The notes under the pieces were generated by a model that saw only the letters and a list, made by a program, of their open reading frames with translations, had not been told where the DNA came from and did no database searches. Positions 1 to 11,700 of a DNA stretch of 33,000 bases are shown piece after piece. The position numbers were made by a program, and so were the translations under genes. Every line of letters begins with the position of its first letter. The first letter of the stretch is position 1. The DNA is from Octopus bimaculoides (Eukaryota), in NCBI RefSeq assembly GCF_001194135.2, contig NC_068997.1, positions 55,913,762 through 55,946,761 on the forward strand. The letters are read 5' to 3'.

Positions 1-500
1 ATATTTCTGTTTATATCCACCAGTAGTTTGGTCTACTGGCCAGCTTGATTATCCATTGTTAATTAATGCTGGTTTTATTCTATGGATTTCGGTATCGAAT
101 GTTTCATTTGTAGAAGAGAATCTAAATGCTCTCCAAAGCATTAATTTTCTTACTTGTATTTTGTAGCTCTGTGGCTATTTCCAGTCTCCATGTTGGTTTT
201 GTTTGTGTCTTTTTCTGAATACTAATATAATGTATCTGCTGTTTTGAGTCTGAATGTCTATGTCTTGATATGAAGTTGTATAAGCATCATTCAGGGTGTT
301 AGATCTTGGCACTGAGTTGTGACATACATCCCCTTTTAATTTCCCAATGTCTTGTGATGTGTCTATTACAACTAGTTTATCATTTACGTAACTAGTGAAT
401 ATGATTTTCTTTAGATATTACTTTGGTTTTTATTGAAGTCTGGCAGACTGTGGTCAACGTTGGTCCTTAGGGAAGAGCCCATAGTTATTTCATATCCTTT
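1..500 (-). pseudogene. Penelope-like retroelement (PLE) reverse transcriptase relic, running off the left edge of the window
   Basis: Hand translation of the minus strand gives, in the expected order: ITMGSSL (cf. PMGSPL), IFTSYVNDKLVV (cf. RYVDD), then SYQDIDIQTQNSRYIILVFRKRHKQNQHGDWK*PQSYKIQVRKLMLWRAFRFSSTNETFDTEIHRIKPALINNG*S (cf. PLE thumb region FLD...VYRK...L.RA...S....F..E...IK..L..NGYP). In-frame stops mark it as decayed. Confidence 0.75.
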
Positions 501-564
501 TTGTTTCACAATTTACCTTGTGGACAGTGAAAGCTACTCTAGTTGTGCAAATTACTAGCTAAAC

Positions 565-630
565 TTGATGGGATTTGAACTCAGAACATAAAAGGTTGAA
601 ACTAAATAGTGCACTATTATTTTAGCCAAT
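565..630 (-). mobile_element. Short fragment of the SINE family A tRNA-like head
   Basis: GGATTTGAACTCAGAACATAAA matches GAATTTGAACTCAGAACATAAA in the fuller copy at 17093-17306. Confidence 0.5.
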
Positions 631-1310
631 ATATATACACATATATATATTACAATGTTTCCCCTTGGATTGTGTGGTTAACAATCTAAAAGATATAATT
701 CATATTTTGTAACTTTTCACCTGATTCTGTCTCGCTTCCTTCATTTACCATTTATTGCTGTTATTGAGTGCAGAGTTGAGAAACTGAATTCTGAATCCAA
801 AAAATTCATTTCCCAGATACCATTAGTCTATGAAAAGCACCAGTATTAATACTACCTTGTAAAAAAATTTGGTATTAATTCCACTGTTTGATGCTTTCAA
901 GAAAACACAGTTGTATAAGAAATTCTCCAAGAACATATCAGATAGTTGAAATTTGTAGACCTGTCAATATTTTACCAGTATGGAGAAACAACATCAACAA
1001 CACCAGCAACAGGAACTTAATATAAGAAATGAAATATAACAGCTGTCATAAAAAAAATAACAAAATATGATAGAAATATCAGCAATGATTTGTCAACAGT
1101 AATATTTATATCATATTTATAATGCCATTATTATAACATTCGATAAATTGATACATAAGAAACTACAATATAAAAGCTGTCAAAAAAAAAAGAAAAAGAG
1201 TGAGCTAAAATATCAGTGTTGTTTATAAGTAGTCATTACATATTGTAACCTCATATAAAGTTTTGATCAGCTAAGTTTCTTTGACAGTTTGACGCAAAAG
1301 CATACATACT

Positions 1311-1311
1311 T

Positions 1312-1343
<32 letters not shown>
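1311..1343. repeat. (CT)n microsatellite
   Basis: Directly visible CT run. Confidence 0.95.
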
Positions 1344-1347
<4 letters not shown>

Positions 1348-2111
1348 CCTTTGCCTGCTTTCTCAGTCTTTCATGCTTGTTATCCAATATTTTCAGCACT
1401 CTCTCTCTCTCTCTAACCTATACATACAGTACCAAACACCATCATTTATTATATTTTCTGATTTAGATGCTAAAAGGCATGGCTGATTTACAAGTTCTTA
1501 TTGATTAGTAAAGAGGGGGAAAAAATACCCTAAAGTTCCTTCAGATATTTAGTATATATGTTTGAGCACCAGAAGAAATGGCCATTCTTATAAATTACCT
1601 AATAGAAATAAATAAATTAAAAGTTTCTTTTGGCCTCTAGTGTTGATATTATGGTATGAAAGGGCATGTGAAATTTGTCAGTTCAAATCATTACATTACA
1701 AAGTCTATACTCGTGTAAGTATTGTTTACTTCAAGAACAGATTTAATCTCCAGAAAAATTCTATGTATATCTCAACTGTAGAGAGGATGAGATACGTTAT
1801 TGAACAAGAAACTTCCTGCGTTGTGTGAGTTCAACTTTACCCCTGGCATTTATACTGCTACCCACACACATTTTATGGGCCAGGGTGATGTTTTAAAATA
1901 CAATATCCAGTTAATCATGCTTTTGATAATCTGAAAGACTCGATCAGGGTATGTGAATGAAATACAACAAATTTGGGAGGAAAAAACTCACTCGTTAAAG
2001 GATCTCCATCTGGAAGCTACTGAGCTGACCTGTTTTCTTTCTGACACATACACGCACTCACACACAAGTGTGCATGAGCATACACACACATGCATACATA
2101 CACACACATCT

Positions 2112-2273
2112 GATGACTATGGGCTTCTCTCAGTTTTAGCTACCAAATTCACTGACAAGACTTTTGTTCACCCAGACTTCAGGAGAAGACAGTAGCCCAA
2201 GGTGCCATCTTGTTGGTTTGACCCACAGAGCACTCAGACTGGGAAACAAGCTTCTTAACAACACAGCAATGCC
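2112..2273 (-). mobile_element. SINE family C, tRNA-like head and 5' body
   Basis: Reverse complement reads GGCATTGCTGTGTTGTTAAGAAGCTTGTTTCCC...GGCACCTTGGGC...GTGAATTTGGTAGCTAAAACTGAGAGAAGCCC; the same module is at ~9050-9133, ~20390-20436 and 32185-32338. Confidence 0.75.
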
Positions 2274-2290
2274 ATGCATACATACATGTA

Positions 2291-2295
<5 letters not shown>

Positions 2296-2374
<79 letters not shown>
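2296..2374. repeat. (TA)n microsatellite with flanking (TG)n/(CA)n
   Basis: Directly visible; source of the YIYIYI ORFs. Confidence 0.97.
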
Positions 2375-2377
<3 letters not shown>

Positions 2378-2579
2378 GTTTAAATATGTGTGTGTGTGTA
2401 TGTGTGTGTATGTACATTATATATATATATATATGAACATATATGCATGTGCATATGTCTACACACACACACATAAAGGCATAGTTTAGTGTTGTTAGCA
2501 CAGCACTGACAGCTTCATACACTTGTATCCATAATAACACTTTTGTATGCTCTTGCACACATACACACGTAGAGGAGCA

Positions 2580-3165
2580 TCCATCATCTCCAACCTTCTC
2601 CCTTGACTCCTATATGTTACGGATCACCTCTTCACCCTTGTCCATTATTCACTACATTCACCTTTCAACATCACTGAATCTCTACAATCATCACCAACTC
2701 TTCCTAACATCTAATCTATATTTATAATCGATCACTTCTCAATCATTCTTCATTCATTATATTCATCAATCGTCCCTACCCCACCCTCTACCCAACCACT
2801 ACTCGTTCTTCTGTTCTCGCTCACTTTGGTTCCTCTTTTTACCTTCAGCTACACCCTGCATCCCCACTATTTGATATTTTTTTTTCCCAGTTCCACCACG
2901 GTTACTTCTACCCCCCCCCCTTCTATAAGGACCCTACTCTCATGCCTTAGCCTCTCAACACCCAGCATAAAGCAGCTTCATTGCCTATTGTATTTCCACT
3001 CAGTGAAAAGCTGCTTGGAAACCTCACAAGTGCTGGTGCCATGCAAAAGCACTCACTCCATAAAGTAAAGTGGATGGTATCTGAAAGGAGCGTCCAGCCT
3101 TAGAAACCATGCCAAAGCAGACATTGGAACATGATGTGGTCCTAGGACATATTAAAGTCTAACAT
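2580..3165 (+). mobile_element. Long-form retroposon: pyrimidine-rich body ending in the family B 3' tail
   Basis: Tail GTGCTGGTGCCATGCAAAAGCAC...CAGCCTTAGAAACCATGCCAAA matches family B; 2947-2976 matches the reverse complement of 13767-13796 at 27/30. The left boundary is approximate. Confidence 0.55.
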
Positions 3166-3169
3166 CATT

Positions 3170-3235
3170 AAGCATAATCATTTCATTTAACATCTGGTTT
3201 CCATGCTGGCATGCAATGGAGGGTTTAATAGGGAA
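3170..3235 (-). mobile_element. Family B 3' tail fragment, tail-to-tail with the preceding copy
   Basis: TTTAACATCTGGTTTCCATGCTGGCATG...TTTAATAGGGAAC resembles 13499-13550 and 32665-32700. Confidence 0.55.
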
Positions 3236-4353
3236 CTAGTGACGTGTAGGTGGTCTGCATCTTTCCTCTCAGTTAAATAGAAAATGTGCTTTCTGTGGAT
3301 ATGGAGTCTCTGACTCTTATTTCTAGCAATGCTAGTGCTCTCTGCACCCTTTGTCACTTTTTAGTGACAGTATGTGTGTGTGTGTAAAATCTAAGAACTC
3401 ACAATTAGGAAAAAGGTAAGAGGTATTTCTGTAATTGAACGAAAGAAATATATTCTGAGGTAAAATCTTTTTTCAGAATAAACAATTTACATGTTTTTCT
3501 TTTCTTTTTGTTGAAAAATAGATTTTGCATTAAAATGAAATGATTCTCTCATGAGATGAATGCCAAACTTGTGCATGTTATATCTTTGGTAGTGTTTAAT
3601 TTAATTTTCACCACTGATTGACATCCAAAGTCAATGTAGATAAAACTAAAATAAGATATTGATAACAAATGAAATATAAGTGAAACGTGATGTTAAGTTG
3701 TTAAAATAATTAACGGAATTCAACATCTTAAGACGAATATTAATGTACGAAAAGAAAATTAGTTCTCAATACATCATTCAATGATCAATATATATCATTT
3801 CAAGCTGTGTAACAAACTTAAGGTTAACTAATAATTTACTGAGAGTTCGGGGAATAAGATTATCAATACACCATTTGGAGATTAGATTTTGAAAGAATCA
3901 AAACAGAAATTGTTTAGACAAAACATTTCTCTTTGATTGTAAAATATTGTAGCTTGTCTGTCAGGTAATATTTTGTGTAGATATTATTTAGAGGTTATAT
4001 AAGTCTAGACTTGGAAATGAAGAAAACTCCAACAACATTATTACTTCTAAATATAAAAAAAAATATATATATATATAAAAAAAACAATCCTTTCTTTAGC
4101 TGTTCCCTTGGCCCTCGGGGAACATTTCAGGGTGTTGTGATACACAAATAAAAAAAAATGCATAAAACAATTGTGGTTGTTACACTTTTGTGTGTGGAGA
4201 AAATATATAAAAAGTCTCCAATTGCATGCAACACTCAACATCATTTCTTACAGTAATTGTCTGCTTCTGCCTCAGTTGTTTACTTTGCTGTCATAACAAC
4301 CACCTCACATGTCGCTTGTCATGTGACATTTCTATTTCCAATATTAAGGGATT

Positions 4354-4541
4354 AAGAAGGCAAACTGGTAGTAGCATCTCCTTTGTCTGTATTTTCTAAG
4401 TTCAAATTCTGCTGAGGACAACTTTGCCTTTCATCTTTTCAGGGTCGATAAAATATGTACCAGTCAAAGACTGGGGTTGATATAACCAACCTGTACCCTC
4501 CCCTGAAATTGCTGGACTTGCACCAAAATTTAAAGCCAATA
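4354..4541 (+). mobile_element. SINE family A (tRNA-like head, central GCCTTTCATC..GGGTCGATAAA domain)
   Basis: AAGTTCAAATTC (box B-like), then TTTGCCTTTCATCTTTTCAGGGTCGATAAAATATGTACCAG...CTGGGGTTGAT...AAATTGCTGGACTTGCACCAAAATTT; the reverse complement aligns with 17093-17306. Confidence 0.8.
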
Positions 4542-5068
4542 TTATGGGATATAACTGGTTTACTCTCAATATACTTAACAGATCAAACATAACAGAGAAA
4601 CTTCTCTTGTGTGATGTCATCTTGGGGCACAATCATGAGAATTTGCCACACTTTTTAACAAAGACTGCATGCAGCTCTGAACCCATTCCTCTCTATAAAT
4701 GTGTTTGTACCAACTGAAGCAGTTTTTGTGAGCTACTGTTAATCCATTGCACAGAATGTCATTCATACAAGAATGAGATTAAGTTTTGTGTATTACTCTG
4801 TGTGTTAGTTTGTGTAACAACTTTTGAGCTGCCTTGTCCCTTCTATCAACATAATAACTCAAAACTCAGTTGTTAATTCATGAAACTGTTTCCTTCCCAG
4901 CAATTTTTATCCTGCTAAACCATTGCTCTCCACTATTGATGAATCAATACTTGTACTGATTGTGCTTCAATATAATTAACCATTGGAATACTTCATGTAT
5001 TTCAATGGTTGCTTATAGAAATGATGTATTGACAGAAGCAGTTGATTACCAGACAATATAATGCCTTG

Positions 5069-5205
5069 TAGTATTTAGCCCGCTTTGCATTCTCAGTTCA
5101 AATCTCACCTGGAATGACTTAACTTTCCATCCTTCTGCAATGAATAAGATAAATACCAGTCAAATACTGGGGTTGGTTATAATGAACTGTCTGCTCCACC
5201 AAAAT
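5069..5205 (+). mobile_element. SINE family A, degraded copy
   Basis: CAGTTCAAATC...TTTCCATCCTT...ATAAATACCAGTCAAATACTGGGGTTG matches 4354-4541. Confidence 0.65.
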
Positions 5206-5379
5206 ATATTCCCATGGGTTTAATGTGTGTCTTGGCGATTGTGTGCAGGATCCAACTTTGCTCGACTTCCGCGAGATCTCCCCTAATATGGTGCTGACTG
5301 CTTGTGCTGCTACAAGGGCTCCCTGCTGAGTGTGGCAATGTGTAAACAGAATAATTGCAGCAGGCACAAGAAAGATTGT

Positions 5380-5476
5380 GATGATGATGGGATGATGATG
5401 ATAATGATGGTGGTGGCGGTGGTGTTGGTGGGGATAGCAATGATGATGATAACTATGACAACAGTGATGATGACGA
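5380..5476. repeat. (GAT)/(GGT) trinucleotide low-complexity tract
   Basis: Directly visible. Confidence 0.85.
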
Positions 5477-5639
5477 TTTCATATTTTTAATGGTATAAGC
5501 AGCAATAGAATGACAATATTTTCTTTTCATTTGATAAAACGTTAAACAGAAGGAACTCCTGTCACAATATATTTTGTAACACACAGGAAATGGCACCAGG
5601 CTAAAAAGTGCCAGAAATTTAATTGCAACCAAATATTTC

Positions 5640-6160
5640 ACCTGTTATTGTATTGTGTTACGAGTGTCTTTTACATTTCTGCAACATTTCAAAAAGAATA
5701 TGCCAGCAGTGCTTTTGTAATTTCACAAATTCTTTTCATTGCATTATCAAAATGAGAAGTTGGTTGCTGATCCTGAAATCAATGTCTTCCTCCATTGCAG
5801 TGGAATAAAATCACAATTTGCTGGAAATAACCTCTTAGATTTGCAGATATGTCAGTTATTCCTCTCCAAAGAATCACAAATAATCATCTGACATTTCCAC
5901 CAATTCTACTTTTCTGGACAAAACAATGACACTGCTGCAATCAACATAAACGTTTCTGCAAACTCATCTTCTGTAAATTATTTCCAACAAACAGCAATTT
6001 CCTTTGAATATTTGAAGCTTCTTTTAAGAGATATCTTATCATCAATGACCACCGGTTATTTTTCATTCTGGGTATTCTAATCATGTCCATCGTTGTTTCA
6101 TTCTTACACATCTACTCCACATTACAAAGACAAAAAACTTGTCAATGAAAGATTTGCATA
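5640..6160 (+). pseudogene. Possible heavily decayed Helitron PIF1-type helicase relic
   Basis: Plus-strand pieces across frames, in canonical order: SATFQKNMPAV (cf. GDFRQxLPV), IIKMR (cf. LxxNMR), VIPLQRITNNH, ILLSGQNNDTAAININV (cf. AILAxKNxDVxxIN), FEYLKLL (cf. EFLNSL), PSL...KKLVN (cf. PKLCNGT..KKL). Motif matches are loose. Confidence 0.35.
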
Positions 6161-7534
6161 AAAAATGCCAAATTATTTTTTTTTATCTGAAATATTTGAC
6201 ATTTTAAGATACATTAAAAACATTTTTCTCAATCAAGAATGCAATAAATAAATTTTATATAGAAATCTAGGATTCATCTTGTCTCTTAGATTCATCATCA
6301 GCATCATCATTGTCACCACTATCACCATCACCAGAAGCAACACCACCACCACCACCACCAAGAATGTAGTGTGAATTAACTAGGAATGGTTAAACAGTTG
6401 TATTGAAACCGAAAGGCGAATGAATGAAGCAGAATGGTCAAGTCTCTTTGGATTTTACATTTTATACATTGAAATAAAATTACATGCGTAACTTTGAAGA
6501 TTTTAAGATTGTGCAAAAGTATTGACTGTATTAATATGTTCGTTGGAGAAACCGACCTTTACGTTATGTTCCTCTTTATTCAATAATTGGCATCTATAAA
6601 TATTTTAGCAAAGTGAAGACATTTTTCTTTTCTTTTCGCAGATAACGACTCACTCCTTAGAATATTTCTCTTTTAAACTTCCATCAGGAACCAAATTATA
6701 AGATTAGTGTATGTTAATTACATCAATATCTCTGAGTTAATTAATGCATCGTTTACAATTTAGATGAAACATTCAATACAGTTAGCTGTCATCAAACATT
6801 CACTTCTATAAACTACATTTTAATCTCTTGCCTATTTTTTTCATCTAAATTAGGTTACGTCTTTCTCCTGACAATGAAGATAAGCTGTCAACTAATTTAG
6901 AAAGATATATTTTTCTTTCTCATTTTACAAATTTAACCAACTCCTTTGTTTGATGGCTACAACTTATGTCATGTGATATATCCAAGTTGTATTGCTTTGC
7001 TTTCATATTTTTCAATCTGGTGACTTCTTAAAGTAAAATTCCATTTTCTTTCAATTTATTTTGACAACCCAAGTGTAACAACCACATCAGCTTTAATTTA
7101 TCGAAGCTCCCAGGAAATGGTAAGGTTACCAAATCAAACACAATAAAATATTAGAGAAAATGTCAGACTTTATTTTCATAATTTTTTTAAAGTTTAAATA
7201 AAATGAAGTGGTTATCTTCTTGAAAACAAAAGGGAAATATTGGAACACATTTCATCAGACGAGCAGAGTAAAAGAAAAAAATAACTGCCTCAGACTTTGT
7301 TAATAAAGTCAGAAAAAAAAACTGAAAAGGGATTTTGTCAGTTATATGTGACTTTGATTAACCCATAAACTTTAATAATAACCAGCTGAAAACATTAGAA
7401 GGAGAAAATTAAGAAAAGGATTGTGTAAAATTTTGGATTCTAAAATATCTGAACTTATAAATTAATGTATTTTGGGATTAATAATTTATGATGTGTCATG
7501 TACACAGCACAGAGATAGCAAGGGGCTAGCATTG

Positions 7535-7660
7535 TTGTTGTTATTTAACCCTGAACCCAGGCTCTGTTCAAGAAGATCAATGATCAAAAGCCTAGTTGTG
7601 AATCTCACAGCATTTTTGCAAGCATAGTGTAGCTTGGACTCTATCAATCAGCATTATACT
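7535..7660. mobile_element. Interspersed repeat family D fragment
   Basis: TTGTTGTTATTTAACCCTGAACCCAGGCTCTGTTCAAGAAGATCAATGATCAAAAGC resembles 27090-27145 and 30110-30150. Confidence 0.4.
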
Positions 7661-7736
7661 TGCTGGTTTAAAACAATGGTTTGAATTTATTGAAATTTTT
7701 GCTGCTAATTTTTGCTGTTCAAATGTCGTTATAGAA

Positions 7737-7945
7737 TAGCAGTTCTCAACCATTTTTTGCCTCTGGATCCCTTTCATTACTATTTTATTCTGGTGGACCC
7801 CACCAGAAGTCACTTTATGCTTAAAAAACTAGTTTTATAGAAACTTTTTTAAAAAATTCCTTCTTTGTTTTTCCCATGTTAACTTGTGTAGGTTGAACAG
7901 TGAAAGAAAACCCAGCTGTTTCTTGCAATACATACTCAATACATA
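7737..7945 (+). mobile_element. Possible 5' end of a non-autonomous hAT-type DNA transposon (truncated)
   Basis: TAGCAGTTCTCAACCATTTTTTGCCTCTGGATCCC...GGTGGACCCC resembles the CAGTGGTTCTCAACC...GGACCCC terminus of hAT/Charlie MITEs; no matching right end was found. Confidence 0.35.
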
Positions 7946-8778
7946 GATCTTGTGCTTTGGAAGGGTAATACTGCAAATAATAGCATACACACACTGGGGC
8001 ACTGGTTAGGTTTCACTTCATTTTCATTACCAGTTGATTAGATAATTAATCAGCTGATTGCTTGGTTAGTTGATTAATGATAGAAAGTGTTTCTATCACA
8101 GCCTAGGACTTCAGTAATGATTATGTGGTCCTCAAGCACTTCTTTCTCCTCAGTTCTTATTGCATGTTTTACCAATTTCTTTCATGTTGCCAATTGCTAT
8201 AACTTCTGGTTTTGAATCTGAAGAATTTGTTTTAAACATAAATTATATAATTTAACTTACAAAACTAAGAATATTTTAACCACTTTCGGTAGAAATGTAG
8301 AAAGGAATGAGGTTGAGGAAGAAAGGGAGAGAGGGAGAGATAGAGAGAGTGAGTGAGAGAAAGAGAGAGGGAGAGAGATATCTCCCTTTCCATGTTATAA
8401 CTTCAGTCAATAACTAAGTGTTCAGTTTCAGCAATTCATTCTTTTCCACTTGTATCCACGTTTCATCTTCTCAGTCTTTGGCAGTGCAATGCTGTGCACC
8501 ATCTTTATTTATAGTCTATTGGATTTAAAGAAGAATTACAATTCAAGGAAGAATTTATAGTCTGTGCATAGCTGTTGGGTTGTGTATTTCATGGTTAGAA
8601 CAATGTGCAGATGTCAGAGTGAATTAAATCACATGAACAACAGTTTAAAATGGATACATCTACAAGAATTTCAAATGTATATACAATAAACTGCTGAAAT
8701 TAAACAGTTCTCTTTTGGTTTTATAACATTAAGAAGGGAAAATATGCACACACACACACACACATGTATATCTATGTG

Positions 8779-8821
<43 letters not shown>

Positions 8822-8834
8822 TCCATTCTTCTGT

Positions 8835-9133
8835 CTTTTACATGTTTCAGTCATTAGACTGCTGCCATCCTGGGGCCTTGAAGAATTTTTAGTCAAATGA
8901 ATTGACCCTCCAGGACATATTTTTTTAAAGCTTGGCAGATATTCTTTTAGGCTCTTTTGCTGAACCACTAAAAGGACATGGACACACTAACACAGGTTGT
9001 CAAGCAGTGGCAGGGGACAAACATACACACATACATACACACAAATATGATGGAATCCTTTCAGTCTCCATTGACCAAATCCACTCACAAGGTTTTGGTC
9101 ATACCAAGGCTAAAGCAGAAGACACTTGGCCAA
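8835..9133 (-). mobile_element. SINE family C (body, internal microsatellite and 3' tail)
   Basis: TTTCAGTCATTAGACTGCTGCCATCCTGG...TTTTGCTGAACCACTAA...GGTTGTCAAGCAGTGG..GGACAAAC..(CA)n..CCAAATCCACTCACAAGG aligns with 20141-20436. Confidence 0.85.
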
Positions 9134-10797
9134 ACAGATAGAGAGAGACAGAAGGAGAGAGAGTAGGAGAGAGAGTAGGAGAGAGAGAGAATTAAGAAAA
9201 TGAGATAATCCACTGTGTTCACCCTCACATTGTACAAAATGGCTAAAATCTACTATTATGAAACAGTGTTTCATAATAAACAGAGTACGAATCGCCTTGT
9301 GAATGGAAATTTTTATATGCCTAAAGTCTGCTAGCCAGAGAGAGAAATGTAACTGGCACCTCTCTTTCGCCCCCACCCAGTCTTGAAAACCCTACAATAA
9401 TACCACAGGTACTTCATCATTAAAGGCATCAAAAACTTGGTAATTTCTATGAAAAGAATATAATTGTAGCAATACTATCCTATGTGTAAAAAAAAAGAAT
9501 TATTTCTTAGTTCTTATATATACGGTCTCATCATGTTTTAGTATTTATGTGCTTTGTATGTATTTCAAAGTTATTTACTAAGCACTGGAAATATCAAATT
9601 TATGATGTTTTCCTGAAAATAACCACTGATGGAGCGATCAACTTACAGCTTCCTTGGTGACAAAACAATTCAGGTGGTGGACAGGAATTGAAGTTTTATC
9701 TGTAATATAATCTGGAACATCTTCGAAAAGTGTCTTCAATTTGCAATTCAAAAATTCAGGAAATAAAAACTTATAAGAAATTTTTACAATTTAGTTATGT
9801 TTTGACTTTACAAAATATATGCATTGATCATAGTTTTTTCCTAAGATTTTTACTTTCTTTAGGGTTCATGTTAACCAAAAAAATCAACTTTTGCAAGAAG
9901 ACCTATAAAACGAGAAAGTTGAAAATGATATTTAAAGCAAGGTTGAAAATTCAGTTTTCATCTTAATTTTCAATTTTAGAAAAAATTGTTAAAAAGGGTA
10001 TATATTTTCAATGTCTAGAACACTGGTAATATATGTTTGAATAAAAAAAAAAAGAACTCTCACACATAGTAGGAACTATTTGTTTAACATGACTGTGGTT
10101 GCTACATAAATCTTACAATGTAAGGAGAAAGTAAATATTGATGTTCTTAAGATACAGCTGAAGTCTTTTTTCTTTTTCTTCCTTTTTTCTTTTTTACTAT
10201 TTTCTATTTTCAATAAAAATTAATGTAATAACAGAAATACAATGTTTTTAAAGGAGAGAAAAACATTATTTTTTACACTTTTTGCTCAAGTCATGAATGC
10301 TTCAAGACAGCCAAAATGTAACTAAGAGTCCAAAATGACAAGGAAAAAAAAAATTAATAAATTTATTTACTTATTTTTTAATTTCTCTTTGCAAGAAACT
10401 GATTTCATTCTGACATGTTTTTGAAGCAACAATTAAGCTGTATAAAACAGAAGCAAGCAGCAGCAGCAACAATGATAGTAGTAGCAGGAAGAGTAAAAAT
10501 GTAGAGAAGGGAGTAAAAGGGGGGAATATAGGATGAGAGTAAATAAAAGACATTTAAGAGAAGTAAAGTGGAAGTAGGAGATTGTGAAGGAAGAGTGTTA
10601 GGAGGAGAAGGAGAGAAGGAGAGGGAGGAGAGGGATGAGGGGAATGAGAGAAAAGTAAAAGAAGAAGAAGAAAAAAGAAATGACTGTTAAAGACATAACA
10701 ATAAAACCAGAAAGTAAATGTATCAACACTAAATATAGAAAGAGAAAAGTAGGAAGCACACACACACATACACACACACATACACACACACATATAT

Positions 10798-10807
10798 NNN
10801 NNNNNNN
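10798..10807. other. Assembly gap (10 N)
   Basis: N run next to (CA)n/(TA)n. Confidence 1.
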
Positions 10808-11352
10808 CAACCTCTCCTTCATTGGACACTAAACTCTGCTTGTGAAGACCTGTTGGGGGCAAGTGAAATCGAAATTGTAATTGAATCATATTCAATGACT
10901 GGCATCTGTGCCATGGAGCACTAACAGCACCGTCCAAGCATGATCATTGCCAGAGCAGCTGTCTGGCTTCCATGCCAGTAGCACGTAAATAGCACCATTT
11001 GAGCATGATCGTTACCAGCATCGCCTTACTGGCCGGTGGCACATTAGAAAACATTCAAGCAAGGTCGTTGCCAGTGCCACTGGATTGGCTCCTGTGCAGG
11101 TGGCATGTAAAAAACATCATTTTGAGTGTGGCTGTTGCCAGTACCACCTGACTGGCCCTCGTGCCGGTGGCACATAAAAGCACCCACTACGCTCTCGGAG
11201 TGGTTGGCATTAGGAAGGGCATTTAGCTGTAGAAACTCTGCCAGATCAGATTGGGGCCTGGTGCAGCCATCTGGTTCACCAGTCCTTAGTCAAATCGTCC
11301 AACCCATGCTAGCATAGAAAGCAAATGTTAAATGATGATGATGGTGATGATG
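10808..11352 (+). mobile_element. SINE/retroposon family B, long copy with internal degenerate repeats and (GAT)n tail
   Basis: Ends GGCACATAAAAGCACCCACTACGCTCTCGGAGTGGTTGGCATTAGGAAGGGCATTTAGCTGTAGAAAC...AACCCATGCTAGCATAGAAAGC..ATGTTAAATGATGATG; the same tail is at 26680-26880 and, inverted, at 32650-32958. Confidence 0.9.
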
Positions 11353-11519
11353 TATGCGGATATTTCAAATATTTGTCCTTCTTCAAAAAGAAAGAAGAGG
11401 AACTTTGCTGAAGTAAAATATTATAGAATATATTAGAAAGAAAATATATACGAACTGATCACCTGACAATCTTACTTTACAGCAATATATTCAGAACAAA
11501 ATTCTACATGAGGAGAGCA

Positions 11520-11700
11520 GACGATCTTGCAGAGGAGTCAGAAGATTATTATATCCATGTGTGTTAGCACATCAAGTGAGATTTACTTAGGCTTCACAGC
11601 AACATCTTTCACTCATATCTACAAAAACCAAATCATCAGAAAATTTCAATCTAAAAAGCTTAACTCAACAGAACAGTTTCAATAAAGTGTTTGAATGATT
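11520..11700 (+). pseudogene. Possible Penelope-type GIY-YIG endonuclease relic
   Basis: Frame reads IIISMCVSTSSEIYLGFTATSFTHIYKNQIIRKFQSKKLNSTEQFQ*SV*, resembling YIGxTxxxFKxRYxNHxxSF....NSTELSxxVW of PLE endonucleases. Confidence 0.35.

Noticed and set aside
1641-1714. Candidate exon (TTTGGCCTCTAG ... GTAAGT) encoding LILWYERACEICQFKSLHYKVYTR
   Set aside because: Good splice signals and a CEIC reminiscent of RING-CH, but spacing does not fit and no partner exons were found; such sites are common by chance in AT-rich DNA. RNA-seq would decide.
4978-5010. 14-bp imperfect hairpin AACCATTGGAATAC-TTCAT-GTATTTCAATGGTT
   Set aside because: Considered as a Helitron 3' hairpin, but no CTRR terminus follows at the expected distance; short and AT-rich.
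5640-5800. Minus-strand MULE-like reading (DNAMKRI...CWHIL)
   Set aside because: Only one loose motif pair and wrong spacing to upstream motifs; the plus-strand Helitron reading has more ordered matches, though neither is proven.
9647-9699. Candidate minus-strand exon ending in GCT|GTAAGT (KTSIPVHHLNCFVTKEA)
   Set aside because: Weak acceptor, no recognisable protein and no supported gene model.
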